A stretch of 64,000 bases of DNA from Mobula hypostoma (Eukaryota), in contig NC_086100.1 of assembly GCF_963921235.1 (NCBI RefSeq), forward strand, positions 200,138,001 to 200,202,000, in the 5' to 3' direction. The position numbers were made by a program, and so were the translations under genes. Shown piece after piece: positions 22,140 through 34,954 of the stretch (position 1 is the first letter of the stretch; every line of letters starts with the position of its first letter). Under the pieces are notes generated by a model, which was not told where the DNA came from, ran no database searches, and saw nothing but the letters and a program-made list of their open reading frames with translations.

Positions 22140-25100
22140 ATGGTACTTAAACAGATAAACGTTATTAGTTGGAATGTACGTGGCTGGAATCACCCTATTA
22201 AGTGAAGGAAGACTTTTAAAGTTCGTAATCGATTCCAGCCCGATATAATTTTTGCTCAAGAAATGCATATCAGAACGGGCAATCAAAATAGATTTTTTAA
22301 AACGTGGAAGGGCCTTCAATACCATGCTACCTGTCAAAATAAAACAAAGGGAGTATCTATTTTCATTAAATCTAATATTTTATTTATTCAAGAAGACATT
22401 GTCTCAGATAATAATGGTAGATTTTTAATTATTAAAGGAACAATTTGTAATAGAAAAATTGTCATGGTTATTCTATACGGACCTAATGTAGCTGATCCTT
22501 TTTTTAAAAAAAAATGTATTTGGTTTATTACCAGATTAAATGAATATATGCTGCTGATGGGAGGTGACTTCAACTGTTGTTTAAACCCTTTGATTGACAA
22601 GAGTTCAACCAATCAGCAGCTTCTGAGTCGTTTGGCAACACTTATTAATTCCTTTTTAATTGATTATGGTTTGATAGAAATCTGGATAAATTTACATCCT
22701 AATGATAGAGATTATTCTTTTTATTCACATATTCATAATAAATATTCAAGAATTGATTATTTTATAGCTGATTTCCGATTTTTGTCCAAAGTCCAGAAAT
22801 GTGAATATGATGCTATTGCAGTCTCGAATCATGCACCTTTAAGCTTAACTTTTGAGTTAAATGATGTTAGTAATGTAAACTCGCCTTGGCGTTTTCCAGA
22901 AAATTTATTACAAAGTTCGGACTTTGTTAAATTTATAGAGATTCAGATAAAAGATTTCTTTCTTCTTAATAATACGGGAGATGTCTCGAAATTGATTATT
23001 TGGGATACACTTAAGCATATTTGCGAGGTCAGATAATATCTTATTTGGCTAAACTCAAGAAACAGACAAAAACAGAGTTAGATAGAATTTCAAAACTAAT
23101 TAAAGATCTGGATAATACTTATGCAGTTTTTCCTAATGTTGATTTATTTAAACAAAGGGTTGAACTTCAATCACAATATAATTTATTATTAACTTATCCT
23201 ATTGAAAGAAATTTGCTTAAATTAAAAAGTCAATTTTATATGTTTGGAGATAAAAGTAACAAGCTATTAGCATCTCAACTTGAAGCAGTTAGAGCTAAAA
23301 GACAAATTTTAAAAATTCGTAACTGTAGTGTAGCTTGTAATTATGAAGATATTAATAAAATTTTTCAAGACTATTACGGTGAACTCTATAAATCTCAGTT
23401 TCCAGCTGACCCTTCTAATATGTATGCCTTTTTACAAAAGATTGATTTTCCTAGAATATCTGTTGAAGATCAGCAAATTCTTGATGCTCCTTTTACTGAA
23501 AGAGAAATTCAGAAAGCTATTCTTTCAATGCAATCTGGTGAAGCTCCTGGATTGGATGGTTTTTCTGTAGGATTTTATAAAAAATTTGAAGATTTGCTTA
23601 CTCCTTATATGTTGGAAATGCTTAAAGATTCTTTTCTGCTAGAAGAGTTACCTTCCACATTTTATGAAGCTTCTATTTCTTTAATTCTTAAGAAAGATAA
23701 AGACCCCACTGATTGTGCTTCATATAGACCTATTTCATTATTAAATGTGGATGCCAAAATTCTTTCAAAAATAATGGCTAATCGGATGGAGAATCTACCA
23801 ACTAAAATTATTTCTCAGGATCAAACAGGTTTTCTAAAAGGCCATTATTCTTTTTCTAACACTCGGAGATTGTTATATATTATATACTCATCCCTCTCTA
23901 AGACTCCCCAATGTGTTGTTTCTCTAGATGCTGAAAAGGCATTTGATAGAGTTGAATGGAAATACCTATTTAAAGTTTTAGAGAAATTTAGCATTGGTAC
24001 TAATTTTAATAAATGGATTAGATTGATATATAAAAGCCCTATTGCCACTGTTATCACTAATAACTGCAGATCCCCCTTTTTCCAATTTTCGCGGGGTACG
24101 AGACAAGGATGTCCGTTAAGCCCTTTGTTATTTAATTTGATGTTGGAACCTTTGGCTATTGCACTTCGTGAAGCTAAAAATATTCAAGGAATTTCTATAA
24201 ATGGGACTATTCGTAAGATTTCCCTTTATAGAAACATAGAAAATAGGTGCAGGAGTAGGCCATTCGGCCCTTCGAGCCTGCACCGCCATTTATTATGATC
24301 ATGGCTGATCATCCAACTCAGAACCCAGCCTTCCCTCCATACCCCCTGACCCCTGTAGCCACAAGGGCCATATCTAACTTCCTTTTAAACATAGCTAATG
24401 AACTGGCCTCAACAGTTTGCTGTGGCAGAGAATTCCACAGATTCACCACTCTCTGTGTGAAGAAGTTTTTCCTAACCTCGGTCCTAAAAGGCTTCCCCTC
24501 TATCCTCAAACTGTGACCCCTCGTTCTAGACCTCCCCAACATCGGGAACAATCTTCCCGCATCTAGCCTGTCCAATCCCTTTAGGATCTTATACGTTTCA
24601 ATCAGATCCCCCCTCAATCTTCTAAATTCCAACGAGTACAAGCCCAGTTCATCCAGTCTTTCTTCATATGAAAGACCTGCCATCCCAGGAATCAATCTGG
24701 TGAACCTTCTTTGTACTCCCTCTATGGCAAAGATGTCTTTCCTCAGATTAGGGGACCAAAACTGCACACAATACTCCAGGTGTGGTCTCACCAAGGCCTT
24801 GTACAACTGCAGTAGTACCTCCCTGCTCCTGTACTCGAATCCTCTCGCTATAAATGCCAGCATACCGTTCGCCTTTTTCACCGCCTGCTGTACCTGCATG
24901 CAGATGATCTTTTGGTTTATGTTTTGAATCCCGAAGAATCTATTCCCAGCTTATTGAAATTATTAAATGAATTTGGATTGTTTTCAGGATATAAATTAAA
25001 CCAGCATAAAAGTGAATTATTTCCTTTAAATGACTCTGCTTCTATATATGATGACATTCCTCTAAAAGTTACGGATTTTTTAAAATATTTAGGTATTATC

Positions 25101-26549
25101 ATCACTAAAAATTATGGAGACCTTTATAGAGCTAATTTAGTTCCCTTAGTGGATTTTATGAAGCAATTTTTTTCTAGATGGAATCCACTTACACTTTTGT
25201 TAGCAGGTCGAATTCATGCAGTTAAAATGATGATTTTACCAAAATTTTTATATGTATTTCAAAATATTCCTAATTTTCTAACTATGAAGTTTTTTGATCA
25301 GGTTGACTCTATTATTTCATCTTTTGTTTGGAATAATAAAAGACCAAGAATTGGAAAATGTCATTTACAAAATTAAAAAAGGATGGAGGTCTTACTTGGC
25401 CTAATTTAAGAATGTATTATTGGGCGGTTAATATACGTTATGCGTGTTCTTGGTTATATTGGACCGATAAAAAGGATCGACCATCTTGGGTTGATTTGGA
25501 ATTGAAAATTGTGAAACATTTTCATTTAACTTCGTTATTAGGAGCTCCCTTACCTGTACAATTAGCCAAAATTTCTATTCTAAATATAAATCCTATGCTT
25601 AATCAATCATTATGAATCTGGTACCAGTTTCGTAAGTTTTTTAATCTTAAAAAATTTAACCTTTTTAGTTTAATTTATCGAAACTATTTATTAAATCTTC
25701 ACTTCGTGATCGTACCTTTTCTCTTTTGAGGAATAAAGGAATTTTTTCCTTTATGGACTTGTTTCAAGAAGGCCGATTGATGTCCTTTGAGAAACTAGTA
25801 ACTAAATACTCTCTCTCAAATTCACATTTTTTGCAATATCTTCAGGTCAGACATTTCTTACAACAATATTTAAGTAATTTTCCATATATACAAGACTCTG
25901 ACCTGTTAGACATTATTTTAAAAATGAACCCTTTAGTGAAAGGTTTTATTGGGAAAATTTATAATTTACTATTACAACAGGATAACTATCCTTTACTTAA
26001 GATTAAGCAAGATTGGGAAAGAGAGCTTAACATGACCTTGATAACAGAGGATTGGTTGCGAATTTTGAAGCTGGTTAACACTTCTTCGATTTGTGCCAGT
26101 CATTCTCTAATTCAATTTAAAATTGTACATCGTTATTATTTGACAAAGGAGAGATTGTCTAAAATATTTCCTAATGTAAATAGTCAGTGTGATAGATGCA
26201 AAACTGAGATAGCTATATTGACACATATGTTTTGGTTGTGTTCTGTATTGAAACAGTTTTGGAAATCTATTTTTCTACAATTTCTAAAGCTTTAAAAATC
26301 AATTTACAACCTAATAAATTGACAGTTTTGTTTGATATAATTCCACAACATATTCACGTTATTTCTATATCAGACCAACACGTAATTGCATTTGTCACAT
26401 TATTGACTAGAAGAGCTATTTTATTGAAATGGAAAGATGTCTCTGCTCCCACTTTGATACAATGGTTCTCTCAGGTGATGTTATGTCTTAGTTTGGAAAA
26501 AATTAGAAGTGGAACTTTTGATCCTAGATTTGACTTCAAGAAAAGGTGA
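22140..26549 (+). pseudogene. L1 ORF2 (APE endonuclease, RT, C-terminal zinc motif), frameshifted and interrupted
   Basis: GGDFN, YSRIDY, SNH; YRPISLLNVDAKIL, LDAEKAFDRVEW, RQGCPLSP, LY|ADD, KYLG; CDRC..HMFWLC. Confidence 0.9.
24230..24899 (-). mobile_element. Young 5'-truncated CR1 inserted into L1 ORF2
   Basis: Stop-free 193-aa CR1 C-terminus (LVRPHLEYCVQFWSP..NFFTQRVVNLWNSLP) plus ttctatgtttctat tail. Confidence 0.92.
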
Positions 26550-27699
26550 GGTTCTTTTGCCTGTTATTATCATTTGATTTGAGTTAATAAAGATGGTCCT
26601 TTTCTGATGCTTGAGTATATGGATTTGATTGGCGGATTGAGGTCTTTTTTCTATGGAAGCTTGTATGGCGCATAGCTCCGTGTTTGTGCTCCAAATAGGG
26701 TTCCCCCCTTTTTTTGTTATTAGGGTTTTTTTTCTGTTTTAGTTAGTAGGGGTTCTTTTTCTCTTTCTTTCTTTTTTCCATTAAAAAAGCTTTAACATTT
26801 TGTTTTTTTTGTTATTATTGATATACTGTTCAGCCTGGTTGATCGTTTAACTCTTATTCTACATGTGGATATGTTATCTTGATTATTTTGATGTATTTTT
26901 CTCTGTTGTTGATTTTCAATAATAATTAATAAAAAAATTTAAAAAGGAAAAGGTGTTCCCTTGGAACCTGTGGGAGGCAAGTGCAGACATCGCAGGGGCC
27001 CTAGCAGAGATATTTAAATCATCCTTAGCGACAGGAGAGGTACCAGAGGACTGGAGGATAGGCATTGTGGTTCTGCTGTTCCAGGAAACGAATGTCTGGT
27101 GAGTTTGACATCAGTTGTGGGAAAGTTATTGGAAGGTATTCTGAGGGACTGGATATATAAGTATTTGGATGCACATGAAAAGGTTAGGGACAGTCAGCAT
27201 GGCTTTGTGCGTGGTTGGTCATGTCTAACCAATCTTACAGAGTTTTTCAAGGAAGTAACCAGGAAAGTGAGTGAAGATAAGACAGTGGATGTTATCTACA
27301 TGGACTTTATTAAGGCCTTTGACAAGGTCCCACATAGGAGGCTGGCCAAAAATGTTCATTTGCTTGGGTTTCAGGATGAGGTAGTAAATTGGATTAGACA
27401 TTGGCTTTGTGGGAGAAGCCAGAGAGTGGTAGTGGATGGTTGTCTCTCTGACTGGAGGCCTGTGACCGGTGGTTTACAGCAGGGATCGGTGCTGGGTCCA
27501 TTGTTGTTTGTCATCGATATCAATCAGCTGGATGATAATGTCGTTAGCTGGATCAGCAACTTTACAGATGATACCACGATTGGGGATGTAGTGGACAGCA
27601 AAAAGCCTATCATGGTTAGCAGAGGGATCTGCATCAGCTGGAAAAATGGCAGATGGAATTTAGTGCAAACAACTGAGAGTGTAACCAACCAGGATAGGT

Positions 27700-29355
27700 C
27701 CTGGGGAGAAAAGGATCAGCCATGACTGAATGGTGAAGCAGTCTCGATGGGCCAAATGGCCTAACACTGCTCCTATGTCTTATGGTCTTGCAGTCTTGGC
27801 TGTCAGGGAGCAGGAGTGAGTGCCATTGCTATTACAAAGGAAAAAGTCACCTGGTCCAGATGCGCTACATCCCAGAGTCCTGAGAGAGGTTATTGAAGAG
27901 ATAACGGATGCATTGGCCATGATAATTTGAGAATCACTGGATTCTGGCATGGTTCCAGAGGAGTGGAAAAGTGCAAATGTCACTCCATTCTTTAAGAAGG
28001 GAGGAAGGCAAAAGAAAGGAAATTATAGGCCAGTTAAGCGAACCCCAGTGGCTGGGAAAGTGTTGCAGTCTATTATTAAGGATGAAGTTTTGGGGTACTT
28101 GTAGACTCATGGTTTCTGTAAGGGGAAATTTTGCTGGACTATTAAGAGTTCTTCAAGGAAATAACCAGCAGGGTGGACAAAGGAGAGGCTGTGGATGTCA
28201 TTTACTTAGATTTTCAGAAGACATTTGATAAGGTGACAAACATCAGGCTGGTTAACAAGATGAAATCCTATGATGTTACTGTAAAGATACTGACATGGAT
28301 AGCGGAATGGCTGACAGGCAGGAGGCAGTGAGTGGGAATAAAGGGGCCTTTTTTGGTTAGCTGATGGTGACTAGTGGTGTTCCTCAGGGGTCAGTATTGG
28401 GACTGCTGCTTTTCACATTGTTTGTCAATGATTTAGATAATGGAATTGATTACCTTGTGGCAAAGTTTGCAAATAATACGTGGAAGCAATGTGATTGCAG
28501 CAGGACTTGGACAAATTGGAAGAATGGGGAAAAAGTGGCAGATGGAATACAGTGTTGGGAAATGTATGACAATGCATTTTGGTAGAAGGAACAATAGTGC
28601 GGACTATTATCTAAATGGGGAGAAAATTCACACATCAGAGATGCAGAGGGACTTAGGAATCCTCGTGCAAGTCTCTAAGAAAGTTAATTTACAGGTTGAG
28701 TCTGTGGTAAAGAAGGCAAATGCAATGTTGGCATTTATTTCAAGGGAAATAGAATATAAAATCAAAGAGATAATACTGAGCCTTTATAAGACAGTAGTCA
28801 GGCCACACAAAGCATTGTCGACAGTTTTGGGCTCCTTATTGCAGAAGGGATGTGTTGTCATTGGAGAGAGTCCAGAGGAGGTTCATAGGATGATTCCGGT
28901 AATGAAGGGATTAACATATGAGGATCGTCTGATAGCTTTGGGCCTGTACTCACTGGAATTTAGAAGAATGTGGGGGATCTCATTGAAATCTACTGAATAT
29001 TGAAAGGACTAGATAAGATGGATGAGGAGAGGATGTTTCCTCTGCTGGGGTATCCAGAACTAGAGGGCACAGCTTCACAATTGAGGGGCAGCCTTTCAGA
29101 ACAGAGGTAAGGAGGATTTTTTTTTGCCAGAGAGTGGTGAATCTGTAGAATTCTCTGCCACAGACTGCGCTGGAAGCCAAGTCTGTGAGTATATTTAAAG
29201 CAGAAGTTGACAGTTCCCTGATCGGTCAGGGCATCAAAGGATATGGTAGAGGCAGGTGTATGGGGTTGAGTGGGATCCGGATCAGCCATGATGAAATAGC
29301 GGAGTGGACTGGATGGGCTGAATGGCCTAATTCTGCTCTTATGTCTTATGATCTT
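27700..29355 (+). mobile_element. Additional CR1 fragments (short 3' end plus RT-to-3' copy) nested in the host CR1
   Basis: KSPGPD, SGVPQGSVLG, KKANAMLAFI, LGLYSLEFRRM; two ttatg-type tails at ~27785 and ~29355. Confidence 0.75.
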
Positions 29356-30094
29356 ATGGCCTTACACTGTGACCAGTGGGGCACTGAGGAGTGTGGTAGA
29401 ACAAAGGGATCTGGGAACACAGGTCCATAGTCACAGGTAGATAGGGTCGTAAATAAAGATTTTGGCACATTGGCCTTCATAAACCAATGTACCGAGTACA
29501 GGAGATGGGACGTTATGCTGAAGTTGGATAAGACGTCGATGAGGCCTGATTTGCTGTGTTGTCTGCAGATTTGGTCACCGACCTGCAGGAAAGATGTAAA
29601 CAAAGTTGAAGGAATGCAGAGAAAATTTACAAGGATGCTGCTGGGTCTGGAGGACCTGAGTTATAAGAAAAGATTGAGTAGAAGATTGAGAGGAGATTTG
29701 ATAGAGGTATACAAAATTATGAGTGGTATTGATCTGGTAGGCTTTTTCCACTGAGGATGGGTGGGACTACAACAAGAGGTCATGGCTAAAGTGTGAAAGG
29801 TGAGACGTTTAAGGGGAAACTTCACTCAGAGAGTGTGGAATGAGCTGCCAACACAAGTGGTACATGGGAGTTCAATTTCAACTTTTAAGCAAAGTTTAAA
29901 TAGGTAAATGGATAGTAGGGATATGGAGAGCCCTGGTCCTGGTGCAGGTTGATGGGAGTAGGCAGTTCAAATAGTTTCGGCATGGACTAGATGGGCCGAA
30001 GGGCCTGTTTCTGTATTGTACTTCTTTATGACTCTGACTCTAACTGCGGTTCTTCACGGTGCTGAGTTCCCAATCTTGGACCTCGTTGATTGGT

Positions 30095-30666
30095 CTCTCT
30101 TTCTCTCTCCCTCTCCCCCACCTCTTCCCACACCCTCTCTCCTCCCTCTCCCCCTCCCCTCTCCCCCACTGCCTCCACTTTCCCCTCTCTCCCCTCCCCT
30201 TCTCTAACCCCTCTCTCCTCCACCTTCTCTCTCTCCCCTCTCTCTCCCTCCCCCCTCTCTCAACCTCTCTCCTCTCTCCCTTCCCCCTCCCCCTCCCCCC
30301 TCCCCCTCCCCCCCTCTCCCCCCTCCCCCCTCTCCCCCCTCTCCCCCCTCTCCCCTCTCTCCCCTCTCTTCCCTCTCTCCCCTCTCCCCCCTCCCCCCTT
30401 CCCCCTCTCTCCCCTCTCTCTCCCCTCCCTCCCCCTCTCTCCCTACTCCCCCCTCTCCCCCTCTCTCTCCCCTCCCCCTCTCCCCCTCCTCCCCTCCCCC
30501 TCTACCCCCTCTCCCCTCTCCCCTCTCCCCCTCCCTCTCCCCCCTCCCCTCCTCCCTCTCTTTCTCTCCCCCCTCTCCCCCACCTCTCCCCCCCTCTCCC
30601 CCCCCTCCCCCCCTCTCTCTCTCCCCTTCTCTCTCTCCCCCTCTCTCTCCTCCCTCTCTCTCCTCC
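30095..30666. repeat. Polypyrimidine (C/T) low-complexity tract
   Basis: Almost exclusively C and T on +. Confidence 0.95.
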
Positions 30667-33600
30667 TGTGGTAAACCATATATATATGTTGTAACTGGGT
30701 TACCTGTCTGGACACACCCCTCTGCTGACTGCCCCTGTGGCTCCTCCCACAGAATCCTGTATGAAGGGGTTTGCCTTGCCCCTCCCCCTCAGTCCGGGGG
30801 CAGACACTCACTGTGGAGGTCGTATTGTACAGCGAATAAAAGCCTTTCAATATTTTACCCAACCTCAGTCTTTTGGAGTTATTGAAGGTGCTTCAATTTT
30901 ATTTTAAAGCATGGAACATGCACTGAGACCCGACAAATTAGACCTCGATCCGCAAACACCTGACGCTGGAAACGCTTTCGAACTCTGGCTGGCCCGCTTT
31001 GAAGCGTACCTATAGGAGATTAACGCGACCGACCCCGTAGTAAAGTGCAGAGTTCTACTCTCCAGGGTCAGTCCATGGGTCTGTTCGCTGATCAGAGACC
31101 AGCTGAGCTACGACGGCGCGATGAGCGCACTCAAAGAACAATACCTGCGGCTGGTAAACACTGTCTATGCTCGGTACCGCTTAGCGACACGGCAACAACG
31201 GCCCGGGAAATCAAGTGCTGGAGTTCATCCGAGCCCTACGGACACCCGTGCGGGCCTGCAATTGCCAGGAGCTGACGGCGGCGCAGCATGCAGAGCTCCT
31301 AGTGAGAGACGCCTTCGTCACGGGGACCAGGTCAGTGTACGTGCGCCAGCAGCTGTTGGAAAAAGCCGATCTTACTTTAAGTTTGGCGATCGAACTGGCC
31401 GACATGCTGGAGGCCGCTCTGCATAACTCCGAGGCTCTCCAGGCATGCGATCCCCCGATGGCATGGACACCGCAGACCCCGCAACCCGCTGGCGAATTGA
31501 CCTCGGCTGCTGCCAGTCGCGAGTCCGCGAACTGCTACTTCTGCGGACTCGAGAAGCACCCCCGGAAACACTGCCTGGCCTGAGAAGCTACCTGCTCCAG
31601 CTGCGGAAAGAAGGGCCACTTCGCGAAGGTCTGTAAGTCCAAACCGCGAGCGGGATCAAGCAGCGCCACGTGCGAAACATGGTTCCCTGCACGCCGCCAC
31701 CACGTGCGAGACATGGGGGCGGCCATCTTGGTCGGCACCACCTCCCACCACCTACGACCAACGGGTGCTCACGGGGCACCCCACCACGCCGGACCAAGAC
31801 AGCGACCCCACCCTGGCCTCCGTGACCCTCGACCAAAGCGCTCCCCACCTGCTCGCAAGGTCAATGATGGACATCCTGGTGGAGGGGTGCAGGACAAGCT
31901 GCCTGTTTGACACAGGCAGCACAGAGAGTTTTATCCACCCGGCCACGGTGCAGCATTGTGGACTCATGATACGGCCGGTCAGTCAGAGGGTCACCATGGC
32001 CTCCAGGTCACATACAACAGACATCCGGGGGGGTTGTGTAGCGACACTAGTGGTGCAGGGTGCAGAATATTGAGACTTTATGTTACTGGTCTTGCCTCAA
32101 CTGTGTGCCCCTGTGCTATTGGGGCTGGACTTCCAGAGCCACCTGAAAAGCGTGCCAATGAAGTATGATGGGCCCCTCCCACCAATTACTGTCATAAATC
32201 CCCTGTTTTGTAGAGATATGTCACGTACCCCGCTACTGACCACACACACACACCGACCCGCGCATCCCACCCAACATCATGCCAACTGCCACACTACCGA
32301 CACCACTCGTGGCCTCTCCACCCTCAAGATCCCTCCCCCACCGCTGTTCGCCAACCTGACCCCCGACTGTAAACCTGTGGCAACTAAAAGCAGGAGGTAC
32401 AGTGCGGGGGCAGAGCTTTCATTAAGTCAGAGGTACAGCGGCTGCTCAGGGAGGGGGTCACTGAGACAAGCACAAGTCCTTGGAGGGCGCAGGTGGTGGT
32501 TGTTCGGAGCAGGGAGAAGAACAGGATGGTCGTGGACTATAGCCAGACCATCAATAGGTTCACGCAGCTCGACGCGTACCCTCTACCCCGCATCGCGGAT
32601 ATGGTCAATCAGATAGTACAGTACTAGGTGTACTCGACAATAGACCTAAAATCCGTTTATCATCAGCTCCCCATCCGCTGGGAGGACCGCCCTTACACTG
32701 CCTTCGAGGCGGACGGCAGGCTTTACAATTCCTGCGCGTCCCCTTTGGTGTCACAAATGGTGTATCTGTCTTCCAGAGGGCAATGGACCGGATGGTGGAC
32801 CAGTGCCAACTGAAGGCCACGTTCTCATATCTGGATAACATCACCATCTGCGGTCACGACCAGCAGGATCACAACAACAACCTCCAAAAATTTCTCCATG
32901 CCGCTAAAGCTTTCAATCTCACCTATAACAAGGACAAGTGTGTATTCGGGACCACCCGACTTGCTATCCTTGGGTGTGTCGTGGAGAATGGAGTCATTGG
33001 CCCTGACCCCAACCGTATGTGCCCCCTGTTGGAACTCCTCCTTCCCAACACCCTCAGAGCCCTCAAAAGGTGCCTGGGCTTCTTTTCATATTACGCCCAA
33101 TGGGTCTCTAACTACGCAGACAAGGCCCGCCCCCTGGTCAAGTCCACCACATTCCCCCTCTCAGCCGAGGCCCACGCGGCCTTCAACCGCATAAAAGGGG
33201 ACATTGCCAAAGCAGCAATGCATGCGGTGGATGAGGCCATTCCCTTCCAAATAGAGAGTGACGCCTCCGACTTTGCGCTGGCTGCTACCCTCAACCAGGC
33301 AGGAAGACCAGTGGCGTTCTTCTCCCGTACCCTTCAAGGCCCTGAAATTCGGCACTCCGCGGTGGAGAAAGAGGCCCAGGCCATAGTGGAAGCTATAAGG
33401 CACTGGAGGCACTATCTTGCCGGCAAAAGGTTCACCCTGCTAACTGACCAGCGCTCAGTCGCATTCATGTTTAATAATCAGCAGCGGAGCAAAATCAAAA
33501 ATGATAAAATTCTGAGGTGGAGAATTGAACTCTCCACCTACAACTATGACATCATGTACAGGCCAGGGAAGCTCAACGAGCCCTCCGATGCCCTATCCCG

Positions 33601-34954
33601 GGGAACGTGCGCCAGCGTGCAGATCGACCGGCTATACGCTCTACATGTAGACCTTTGCCACCCGGGGGTCACCCGGCTTTTCCACTTCGTGAAAGCCTGG
33701 AACCTGCCTTACTCCCTTGAGGAGATCAGGATGATGACCAGGGACTGCCAGAGTGCAAACCGCACTTCTACCGACCCGAAAAGGCACCACTCATCAAGGC
33801 CACCCGCCCCTTTGAGCGACTGAGTGTTGACTTTAAGGGCCCCCTTCCCTCCACTGACTGCAATGTGTACTTTCTTAATGTTATCGACGAGTACTGGCGG
33901 TTCCCTTTCGCCGTCCCCTGCCCGGACACCACTACCACGTCAGTTATAAAAGCCCTGTGCAAGCTCTTCACTCTGTTCGGATACCCATGCTATATCCACA
34001 GTGACAGAGGGTCCTCGTTTATGAGTGACGAACTGCGCCAATATCTACTGGCTAGGGGAATTGCAACCAGTAGGACCACGAGCTATAATCCCCGGGGGAA
34101 TGGACAGGTAGAGAAGGAGAATGGCACGGTGTGGAAAGCCACACTCTTACCCCTCAGGTCAAAGGAACTGCCGGTCTCCCGCTGGCAGGAGGTCCTTCCC
34201 GAGGCACTCCACTCCATCCGCTCCCTGTTATGCACAGCCACCAATGCCACCCCTCCTGAGCGGCTCTTTTCTTTTCCCAGAAAATCGACCACTGGAACCA
34301 CCCTACCAACTTGGCTGATGTCCCTGGGGCCAGTACTGCTCCGGAAACATGCGAGGAGCAATAAATACTCCCCGATGGTCGAGAGGGTTCACTTACTTCA
34401 TGCGAACCCCCAGTCTGCCTATGTGGTTTTACCTGATGGGCGGGAGGACATGGTCTCCATCCGTGACCTGGTGCCCGCAGGAGCACCGGGCCCCTACCCT
34501 GAACACTCCATGGTGACTGTTGACCCCGTACTCACCGATGTATGTACCCACGAGACACCACGTACTCCAAACCCTACACAGACACCACACGACAGTCCCA
34601 CACCAGGCGCGACGCACACGCATGAGGGATTACCGATGCCTAACGTGCTGACACCTCAAGTCAGGCCGGAGCCAGCACAACCGCCATCGCTGGTGCAATC
34701 ACCGCTGGTGCTACGTAGATCACAGCGACGGACTCGACCGCCTGATAGACTTGACCTGTAAATATACTTGTTTTAAATATTGTCAGTCACTTCACCCCGC
34801 GGGACTCTTTTTTAAAAAAGGAGGGGTGAATGTGGTAAACTATATACATGTTGTAACTCGGTTACCTGTCCGGACACGCCCCTCTGCTGACTGCCCCTGT
34901 GGCTCCTCCCACAGAGTCCTGTATAAAGGTGTTTCGCATTGCCCCTCCCCCTCA
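30667..34954 (+). mobile_element. Gypsy/Ty3 LTR retrotransposon, near full-length, decayed; 3' LTR truncated
   Basis: 5' LTR 30667-30895 (TGT..CA, AATAAA). gag from ATG 30911 with two CCHC knuckles. Protease LFDTGS, RT FSYLDNITI, RNase H ESDASD..EKEA..TDQ, integrase HSDRGSSF..GNGQVEK. PPT 34814-34830 and partial 3' LTR 34831-34954. Confidence 0.93.

Larger units (their letters stand above)
20382..26949 (+). mobile_element. Full-length L1-clade LINE (disrupted)
   Basis: Starts ggacttccg and ends in an A-rich tail. 15-bp TSD aaggtgttcccttgg at 20367-20381 and 26950-26964. Contains ORF1 and a frameshifted ORF2. Confidence 0.95.
14520..30045 (+). mobile_element. Formerly full-length CR1 LINE acting as host of nested insertions
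   Basis: Collinear pieces: 5' UTR/ORF1 14520-15527 (CEKC zinc finger, VIGDS, VGTND), ORF1 end plus endonuclease 16217-17611 (GDFNFP, SDHNA), 20128-20381 (KSPGTD), RT 26950-27700 (MDFIKAFDKVPH, QGSVLGP, FTDD), 3' end 29360-30045 with tgactc tail. Confidence 0.8.

Noticed and set aside
21297..22140. Long T-rich spacer and a hydrophobic 100-aa ORF between L1 ORF1 and ORF2
   Set aside because: Long inter-ORF spacers are ordinary in non-mammalian L1, and the ORF reflects T-richness.
30016..30862. Pro/Leu/Ser-rich ORFs
   Set aside because: Translations of a polypyrimidine tract.
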